NCBI GenBank assembly: GCA_963666835.2
Contig: CAXXGO010000006.1
Coordinates: 2,272,001 to 2,336,000 of the forward strand
Origin: Phycisphaerae bacterium
GTDB lineage: Bacteria; Planctomycetota; Phycisphaerae; UBA1845
Direction: 5' to 3'
Length of the DNA: 64,000 nt
The notes under the pieces: model-generated
Told to the model about the DNA's origin: nothing
What the model saw: the letters and a program-made list of their open reading frames with translations, nothing else
Databases searched by the model: none
Part shown: positions 57,197-64,000 of the stretch, piece by piece
Layout of the letters: every line of letters begins with the position of its first letter
Position numbering within the stretch: position 1 is the first letter of the stretch
Position numbers and translations under genes: made by a program

Positions 57197-57727
57197 ATGC
57201 GTAACAAGAGCAACAACGATCATGAGGGTCGTGCCGGGGTGTTCAGTCGCCTGTTCTGGGGACTGATGATCCTGGCGCATGCTCCGGGTCTGATTGCCGC
57301 GGGGCGTGCCGGGCTTATGAACGGGTTCGGGGTGGAGCTACTCAGCGGGTCCGTCCTGCTGGTTGCCTCCATGGTGTTCTTCGTTCTGAAGATCCGGGGC
57401 GTTCCCTGGCTGCGGCTGCAAACCAATCGCCGGTCTGTTATTGCGGTTTGCCTGGTGGTCATGCTGATCCACCTGGAGTGCATCAGGCCCGGCCTGCGCG
57501 GCGAATTGCTATCCCAATGCACCGTTGTTCTGGTGACGACTTCGCTGGTTTTCGCCGTGCCGCGGGGGGTGCGAAGGGTCCGCTCCTCGTTGGCAAGCAG
57601 GCATTCTTCTTCAAGCTTGCGGAGTTTCGATGACCGCCCGACCGGCGTCATCTGGCTCGACTCATACCGCCCACGTTGTTGGGTCCTCGTTCTTTCCCTG
57701 CTGCGGCTGCGCGCGCCTCCTGCGTAG
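57197..57727 (+). CDS. Four-TM membrane protein ending in a RAPP motif; candidate ribosome-arrest leader of the heme operon
   Basis: Four hydrophobic segments obeying the positive-inside rule, His28 and His92, a tail of about 54 aa ending LRLRAPPA-stop. Lies between a putative promoter and hemH. Confidence 0.7.
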   Translation: MRNKSNNDHEGRAGVFSRLFWGLMILAHAPGLIAAGRAGLMNGFGVELLSGSVLLVASMVFFVLKIRGVPWLRLQTNRRSVIAVCLVVMLIHLECIRPGLRGELLSQCTVVLVTTSLVFAVPRGVRRVRSSLASRHSSSSLRSFDDRPTGVIWLDSYRPRCWVLVLSLLRLRAPPA

Positions 57728-57891
57728 CCGACGAGGGCGTTCCGGTCCGGATTGCGTGGACTTGGGCAACGCCTCTCTCCGATTCGATTCGTTCTTGTCT
57801 TCCGACTGAGGTCTGGTTGTTAATAGCCGTAAGTGAGCCGGCACGCGGGTGCCGGAGGCTCCAAGCGGAGCCGTGGGAGGCATGGCATCAA

Positions 57892-60249
57892 ATGCTCTCG
57901 TTAAAACCGACCAGAGAATCCACCGGCGGGGGAGCCGGGGAATCGATCTCCACGTTATCGGCCACCAAGGGTGTGCTGCTCATCAACCTCGGGACTCCGG
58001 ACGCCCCCGATGTCGAATCGGTGCGCCGGTACCTGGCGGAGTTTCTGGGTGATCCCGAAGTGATCCAACTTCCGCGTGGGCTCAAGTGGCTCAATGGCCC
58101 GCTGGGGCGATTCATCGCCAGACGCCGGGCCCCTAAGTCCGCAAAGTCGTACGAGCAGATCTGGACCGAACGGGGCTCGCCCCTCGGTTCGATCAGCGCG
58201 GAACAGGCCGCGTCCCTGCAGTCGGCGATGCCCTCGGATTGGCAGGTCTTCCATGCCATGCGCTATGGGAAGCCGACGATCGCCGAGACACTCCGGCGGG
58301 TTGAGGATTCGGGGGTCGAGGAACTCGTCGTTATCCCGATGTATCCTCAGTTCAGCGGACCGACTACCGGCACGGCGCTGCGGGCGCTATACGGCAGCCT
58401 CAAGAGAGGCGGCCACCGTCTTAACGTAGCGACGCGTAACTCGTGGTACGACGACGGCGGATACCTGCACGCGCAGGCCAAGCTGATCGCCGATTACGCT
58501 CGACTGCACGGGTTGAGCCCGGAAGATACTCATCTCGTGTTCTCTGCCCATGGGCTGCCGGTGTCCTACGTGGAACGCGGCGACCCGTATCCGGATCACG
58601 TGAACCGCACGGTGGAGTTGGTCGCACAACGCCTCGGCTGGCCCGAAGAGCGCCGGACCTTGGCCTTCCAAAGCCGCGTGGGTCCGACGGCATGGCTGAC
58701 GCCGAATACCGAAGACGTGCTCAGGGAGTTGGGCGATCGCGGGGAACGGCGGGTTCTGGTTTGCTCGGTCAGTTTCACTACCGATTGCCTCGAGACTCTC
58801 GAGGAGATCGATCTGAAGTACCGAGAGATGTTCGAGCGTGACGGCCGGGAGATGTTCCTCTGTCCCGCGTTGAACACCAGCCGCGATTTCATCGCGGCCC
58901 TCAAGAACCTGGCGCTTCGGGGTCCTCAGGCGGTCAAGTCGTGGGGAGCGCGAATGCACCCGTTGTTGAAACCGGCGGCACAGCCCCTTTCGGCTTCTGA
59001 GCATGTCGACTCGCTCGTGTTTGTCGGCGTATCGATGAAGAGCCGGGTCGGTGACGGCAGCGGTCCGGAGCTGATTCACGAAGACGAGCGCGGTCTCGAG
59101 AAACTCAAGAAACCACACGATGAGATCCCCGGGATTCTCCAGGGAATCTGCGGTCGCCGCGGCGCGCGGGAGGCGTTCGTGTGGAACACCTGCTATCGGT
59201 TCGAGTTCTACGGCTGGGAGAGTGATTCCGCGGCCGGGCCCGACGATTGCGTGGTGGCCCGCGTCTGTCAGCAAGTGTTCGCCGGCGACATTCCGGAGGA
59301 TGTCTCGGTGAACGTCCTTCGCGGTCGGGAGGCGTGGCATCATCTGGTGCGCACGGCGGCGGGCCTCAACAGCGGTCTGGCGGGGGATCATGACGTCGTC
59401 GAGCAGCTTCGCACTGCGCACAACCTTGCTCAGCGCGCGGGGACTGCGGGGGTGTTGACCGATCGTCTGGTCAGCGAGGTTACCGAGTTGGAGCGCCGCC
59501 TGCGCAGCGAGACTGCGTGGGGTCGGTTCGACCCCGGCTATTGCTACGCGGCCATGTCCCGGCTTTTGGAGTCAGATGGAATCGACCTTCGCGAGAGTCG
59601 CATACTGGTTGTCGGTGGCTCAACGACGTCGCGATCCGTGCTATCGGCGCTGATTGATCGGTTCGGTGTGCCGGAGCGGCAGTTGACGTTGGCCTATCGT
59701 GGCCACGGCGGCGGGCAGATCAAACTTCTGCGCAGGGCGATTCGCGGCGGACGGCGCCTGCGGGTGCAGTCGTACGGTGAGCCGCAATTGGTGCAGGCGG
59801 TGGCGGAGGCGGATGTGGTGATCTTCGGGATCGATCGCGACGAGCCGGTGCTCGATGCGGGGGCGATCCGGGAGATGCGTGATTTCGCGGATCGGCCTTT
59901 GTTTGTGGTAGACTTCAACACTTTCGGCTCGACCCGCGGATGGGAGGCGGTGTCGGGAGTAACCGTTGTTGATGCGAACCGGCTGGCACAGACGGTTGTA
60001 GATTATACGAACGCAATGTGGACGGACGCGGAGTTTGCCGGAGCTCTGCGGGAGGCAGAGGATTGGATCGCGGAGCACCTGCCGCCGTCTGTCGAAGTGG
60101 ACAAACGCCCGCCGGGCTGCCCCGGCAGTATGGAAGCCGCGGCCGACTCCGGATTGTTGGGGCCGCGGGAGCGTTGGCTACGGTGCGTGCAATGTGTCGG
60201 GAACCGTTCGGTCGACGAGCGAGTTTCGGTCAGGAGCGGAGTATCATGA
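57892..60249 (+). CDS. hemH: Ferrochelatase fused to a C-terminal divergent glutamyl-tRNA reductase (HemA)-like domain
   Basis: N-half: GVLLINLGTP, AMRYGKP, PMYPQFS, FSAHGLP, GDPY, AFQSR, FTTDCLETLEEID. C-half: NTCYRFEFY, HLVRTAAGLNS and a Rossmann-like ILVVGG. GGAGG at 57876-57880, ATG 57892. Confidence 0.88.
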   Translation: MLSLKPTRESTGGGAGESISTLSATKGVLLINLGTPDAPDVESVRRYLAEFLGDPEVIQLPRGLKWLNGPLGRFIARRRAPKSAKSYEQIWTERGSPLGSISAEQAASLQSAMPSDWQVFHAMRYGKPTIAETLRRVEDSGVEELVVIPMYPQFSGPTTGTALRALYGSLKRGGHRLNVATRNSWYDDGGYLHAQAKLIADYARLHGLSPEDTHLVFSAHGLPVSYVERGDPYPDHVNRTVELVAQRLGWPEERRTLAFQSRVGPTAWLTPNTEDVLRELGDRGERRVLVCSVSFTTDCLETLEEIDLKYREMFERDGREMFLCPALNTSRDFIAALKNLALRGPQAVKSWGARMHPLLKPAAQPLSASEHVDSLVFVGVSMKSRVGDGSGPELIHEDERGLEKLKKPHDEIPGILQGICGRRGAREAFVWNTCYRFEFYGWESDSAAGPDDCVVARVCQQVFAGDIPEDVSVNVLRGREAWHHLVRTAAGLNSGLAGDHDVVEQLRTAHNLAQRAGTAGVLTDRLVSEVTELERRLRSETAWGRFDPGYCYAAMSRLLESDGIDLRESRILVVGGSTTSRSVLSALIDRFGVPERQLTLAYRGHGGGQIKLLRRAIRGGRRLRVQSYGEPQLVQAVAEADVVIFGIDRDEPVLDAGAIREMRDFADRPLFVVDFNTFGSTRGWEAVSGVTVVDANRLAQTVVDYTNAMWTDAEFAGALREAEDWIAEHLPPSVEVDKRPPGCPGSMEAAADSGLLGPRERWLRCVQCVGNRSVDERVSVRSGVS

Positions 60250-61667
60250 GCGCGAGTATTTCAGACGCAGACTTGGCGATTTTTCGCAGATATGCCGGGC
60301 TGTCGCTGCCTCGTCATGTGTCGTACCCGATGCCAACTTGGTGGCAGGATGTTGATGAGACCGAGGCGGCGGCGCTGTACGAGGTGAGCCGGGGAGAACC
60401 GGCCAATGACCTGTCCCTGTACGTGCACGTTCCGTTTTGCGAGAAGCTGTGCAAGTTCTGCGCTTGTACCCGAGTGGTTCTACCCAAGGATAAGTCCGGA
60501 GCGACCGAGCGGGTCGAGGCTTATCTGGCGGCGATGGAACGAGAAATCGCGTGCCGGGCGGATCTGGCGGGTGATGGGCGCGCGTTGCGGCAAGTCCACT
60601 GGGGCGGAGGAAGCCCGCTGTATCTGACCTCAGAGCAGATGAGCAGGATTCAGAATGCCATCAGCAAGGCATTCTCATTGGCTCCGGATGCCGAGATCGC
60701 CGTCGAGATCGATCCGCGTCAGGCTACTCGGGAGCGAATCGAAGGGCTCCGCCGCTTGGGTTTCAACCGTATCTCGCTGGGCGTGCAGGATTTCAACGAG
60801 CAAGTCCAGGAACACGTGCATCGCGTCCAGCCTTTCGAGTTGGTTCGCGACACGGTCGAGGCCTGCCGCGCGGCGGGCTTCGCAAGTGTCAACTTCGATC
60901 TGATCTACGGCCTTCCGTACCAGACCGTCGAGACGGTGCGCGATGCCGTTGAACGATCCATCGGCTTGTCCCCGGATCGTGTCGCCTACTACCACTATGC
61001 CCAGATTCCCGAGAAGATCGCCACGCAACGGGGGATGGACTATACGAAACTCCCCGATAGCGACACCAAGCTGGAGATGTTCCTTTCCGGCGTGAGTCAG
61101 TTCGAGGAGGCCGGGTACGAGTTCGTCGGGCTGGACCATCTGGCTAAGCCGGACGAATCTCTGGCCCGGGCTCGTGCGGAAGGCACCCTTCAGCGCAACT
61201 TCCAGGGTATGACGACTGGGGGCGGTTTGGATCTCATCGCTGTTGGAGCGTCATCCATCAGTCATCTGGCGGGCGTGGGGTTTCTTCAGAACACCCGGGA
61301 TATTGCGGCATACGTGGAGAGCCTGGAGAACGGGAAAGGGCCGATTCACCGGGGGAAGCGTTTCACTCGTGATGATCTGATCCGTCAGGCCGTGCTCGCC
61401 GACCTCTACTGCCTGACTGAGGTTCGCGCTGATCGTATCGAGCGGCAGTTCGGCATTGTCTTCGGCGAATACTTCGCTCGGGAGCTCAAGATTCTAGAAG
61501 AGCTGGAGAAGGATGGGCTGATCGTGCGTGGCGCGGACGAGACGATTCGGGTAACTTACCCTCTCGGACGGGTGCTCCTTCGCAATATTGCGGCCGTGTT
61601 CGATGCGTATCTTGCTCCGGATGCATACCGCGCCGGAGAGCGCGAGTGCTTTTCCGCCAACGCCTAG
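60246..61667 (+). CDS. hemN: Oxygen-independent coproporphyrinogen III dehydrogenase (radical SAM)
   Basis: LYVHVPFCEKLCKFCAC, HWGGGSP, EIDPR, RISLGVQDF, DLIYGLPYQT, LQRNFQG. ATGA overlap with the hemH fusion. Confidence 0.92.
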   Translation: MSASISDADLAIFRRYAGLSLPRHVSYPMPTWWQDVDETEAAALYEVSRGEPANDLSLYVHVPFCEKLCKFCACTRVVLPKDKSGATERVEAYLAAMEREIACRADLAGDGRALRQVHWGGGSPLYLTSEQMSRIQNAISKAFSLAPDAEIAVEIDPRQATRERIEGLRRLGFNRISLGVQDFNEQVQEHVHRVQPFELVRDTVEACRAAGFASVNFDLIYGLPYQTVETVRDAVERSIGLSPDRVAYYHYAQIPEKIATQRGMDYTKLPDSDTKLEMFLSGVSQFEEAGYEFVGLDHLAKPDESLARARAEGTLQRNFQGMTTGGGLDLIAVGASSISHLAGVGFLQNTRDIAAYVESLENGKGPIHRGKRFTRDDLIRQAVLADLYCLTEVRADRIERQFGIVFGEYFARELKILEELEKDGLIVRGADETIRVTYPLGRVLLRNIAAVFDAYLAPDAYRAGERECFSANA

Positions 61668-61785
61668 TGCTGCGCCACACCCAGGGTCTCGGGTGTGCCT
61701 GCTCGTGAGCAGTGCATGGACGGGACGAGGTGTGGATTGCCCCCGGACCTTTACACATGGCCAAACGCCGGTAGAAGCTTCCAAC

Positions 61786-62820
61786 ATGAAGAACGACCTT
61801 CTGCTCCGAGCAGCGCGGCGCGAGCGTACCGTGCGAACGCCCGTCTGGTTGATGCGCCAAGCCGGCCGGTTCGATCCGCGCTACGGCGAGATTCGTCGGA
61901 AGTACGACTTGCCGCTTGAAGAGCTCTTTCGAAGACCTGATGCCGCGGCGGAGATCTCACTACTTCCCCGGCGATTGGGCGTTGACGCCATAATCTTCTT
62001 CCAGGATATCCTCACGCCGCTGGCGCCGATGGGGGCGGAGTTCGTGTTTCGACCCGGTCCCGTATTGGAAACGCCCTTGCGCGAGCCAAGTGATGTCGAA
62101 GCCCTCCGGCCGTACGATGTTGATTCGCATCTCGGTTTCGTTACCGAGACGCTCAAACTGGTTGCCGGGGCTTTGGATGGAGAGTTGCCGTTGCTCGGTT
62201 TTGCGGGAGCCCCGCTGACTCTGGCGTTCTTCCTCATCGAGGGACGTAGCCCTGGTGTAGAAGCCGATCGTGCATTGGGTATGATGCGATCGGACCCGAG
62301 CACCTTCCGCAGGCTGCTTCGTTTGTTGACGGACATGACCGTTGACTATCTGGCGTTGCAGATTGAAGCTGGGGTTGATGCTGTTCAGTTGTTTGAATCA
62401 TTGGCCGATCGGGTCTCGCCGGAGGAGTATTCTGAGTTTGCCCTGCCCTGCCAGGTTGAGATATTCTCAAGACTGGGGTCGCGGGTTCCGCGTATCCTGT
62501 TTGCGAAGGACCTTCCGTCGGTGGACCCGATGGCCGCCTCGGGAGCGGATGTGTTGAGCATAGGGTCCCGGTTGGACTTGGCTGAGGCCGGAAGACGGTA
62601 TGGTGATCGATTCGCACTTCAAGGCAATGTCGATAACTACCTTCTCAGGGACGGTAGTCTGGAGGAGATCGCCGCAGCGGTGCGAGCCTGCGTCGAAGCC
62701 GGTGGGAATACGGGCCACATCCTCAACCTCGGACATGGGATTCTCAAAGATACGCCGTTCGAGAATGTGCGTCAGTTCATCGAAACTGCTAGAATGGATG
62801 CCAACGACTCTGGGGGTTAA
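61786..62820 (+). CDS. hemE: Uroporphyrinogen decarboxylase
   Basis: PVWLMRQAGR, DAIIFFQDIL, LLGFAGAPLT, LQGNVD, HILNLGHGI. Confidence 0.95.
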   Translation: MKNDLLLRAARRERTVRTPVWLMRQAGRFDPRYGEIRRKYDLPLEELFRRPDAAAEISLLPRRLGVDAIIFFQDILTPLAPMGAEFVFRPGPVLETPLREPSDVEALRPYDVDSHLGFVTETLKLVAGALDGELPLLGFAGAPLTLAFFLIEGRSPGVEADRALGMMRSDPSTFRRLLRLLTDMTVDYLALQIEAGVDAVQLFESLADRVSPEEYSEFALPCQVEIFSRLGSRVPRILFAKDLPSVDPMAASGADVLSIGSRLDLAEAGRRYGDRFALQGNVDNYLLRDGSLEEIAAAVRACVEAGGNTGHILNLGHGILKDTPFENVRQFIETARMDANDSGG

Positions 62821-62843
62821 CCGGTGCTAAGGGCGGAGAGGCT

Positions 62844-64000
62844 ATGACGGACACCTTGCGAGACGTCATCGTCGTTGGCGGTGGGATCAGCGGTCTGACC
62901 ACGGCATGGTACCTGAAGCACGCCGACGTCGATGTCTGCCTGCTCGAGGCCGGCGATTATGCCGGCGGGGTCACGCGCACGGAGCGGCGCGACGGCTTCC
63001 TGCTGGAGAAAGGCCCGTTCAACGTCATAGTCCGAGATCCGGATTTCGAGACGTTGCTCGAGGGGGTCAGTGACGAGACTGACGTTGTCTCGGCGAGTCG
63101 GGCAGCCCGGGCGCGGTATCTGTACCGGAAAGGGCGCCTCTCGGCGGTGCCGACCAATCCGGTGGCGCTGGCGACCACGCCGCTGTTGAGCTTCGGGGCG
63201 AAATGCCGACTTGTGCGTGGATTGTTGGGCAGCCGGCGTTCGACTCGGATTGAGGAGACCATCGAACAGGTTGGGGCGCGACGCTTCGGGACCGAAGTAT
63301 CCGACACGATGATCAGTGCGGTCATCTCGGGGATATTCGCGGGGGACATTCGGCAGTTGAGTCTCAAAGCGTGTTTCCCGAGTGTCGCCCGGATCGACGG
63401 ACGAGCCCGAAGTCTGGTCGCCTACGGCCTGACTTCCCCATTCCGCCGCAAACGCTCTTCTCCGGAATCTCAACCCAGGCGGTGGCGGGGACTGGTGAGT
63501 CTTAAGGGTGGTCTGGGGACTTGACCCAGGCGCTGGCCCGCACGCTTGGTGACGATTGCATGACCGGTTGCCGGATCGACGAGATCCACGCGACCGATCA
63601 GGGCTATCAAGTAGTGTACAGCGATCGTGAAGGGGCGGTCGGTTCGGCGTACTGCCGCCGGTTGGTTTTGGGAACGGCCGCGTCGGAAGCCGCGCGCTTG
63701 CTCGGTCCGGTCGTGCCGGATGCTGCGGAACAGCTCATGACGATCGAGAGCGTTCCGATGCTCGTGTTGAACCTCGGTTTCAGGCGGGCGGACATCGGTC
63801 ATCCTCTTAAGGGTTTCGGTTTCCTGGTTCCGCGGAACGAGCCGGAGTACCCCTTGATGGGCATTCTCTGGGCCAACAGCATTTTCCCACACCATGCTCC
63901 GCCGGACCACTGCCTGATCCGCGTGTTTATTGGCGGCAGCCGTGATCCGAATGCCATCGAACGCAGCGATGACGAGTTGCTGGCGTCGGCGATGGATGCC
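62844..64000 (+). CDS. hemY: Protoporphyrinogen/coproporphyrinogen oxidase (HemY-type flavoprotein); frameshifted near 63520 and running off the window
   Basis: VVGGGISGL FAD motif, GFLLEKGP, ISGIFAGD. The frame stops at 63524, but HemY-like sequence (LTQALARTLG..GFGFLVP..NSIFP..RVFIGG) continues in the -1 frame from 63521 to the window end. Confidence 0.85.

Noticed and set aside
57676..57891. N-terminal extension of the hemH ORF from TTG 57676
   Set aside because: It overlaps the RAPP ORF and has no ferrochelatase similarity. An SD-preceded in-frame ATG lies at 57892.

Overview
GC-rich bacterial window, probably from a planctomycete (Phycisphaerae-like). That assignment is inferred from the repeat families and the CxxCGYDL zinc-ribbon membrane proteins, not from a marker gene. 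The window has four blocks. (1) 1-35.5 kb: a large co-oriented Wzx/Wzy exopolysaccharide locus. It encodes a giant TPR protein, a NusG/RfaH-type antiterminator, Wzc, Wza, Wzx, Wzy, priming, WecB/TagA and four GT4 glycosyltransferases, and many tailoring enzymes (heparinase II/III-like, two GNATs, radical SAM, DUF362, CapK-like ligase, SGNH, and a deacetylase-sulfotransferase fusion). (2) 35.6-45.7 kb: a 1.6 kaa Cys-rich/beta-helix lipoprotein, three zinc-ribbon membrane proteins and a methyltransferase. (3) 46-56.8 kb: a HutH-like MIO lyase, then an MMPL transporter divergent from a DUF1702-ACP-KS-KS mini-cluster, then a dense mosaic of REP-like palindromes. (4) 57-64 kb: a heme biosynthesis operon (ferrochelatase fused to a divergent HemA-like domain, hemN, hemE, frameshifted hemY). 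The best candidate for an undescribed system is the 176-aa membrane ORF leading the heme operon. It has four predicted TM helices with two His on the same membrane face and ends in a RAPP ribosome-arrest motif. The RAPP codons are complementary over 10 nt to the Shine-Dalgarno region of the downstream ferrochelatase gene, which suggests heme-sensing translational attenuation. No rRNA, tRNA, CRISPR array or transposase was recognised. All family assignments come from motif recognition by eye; no database search was run.
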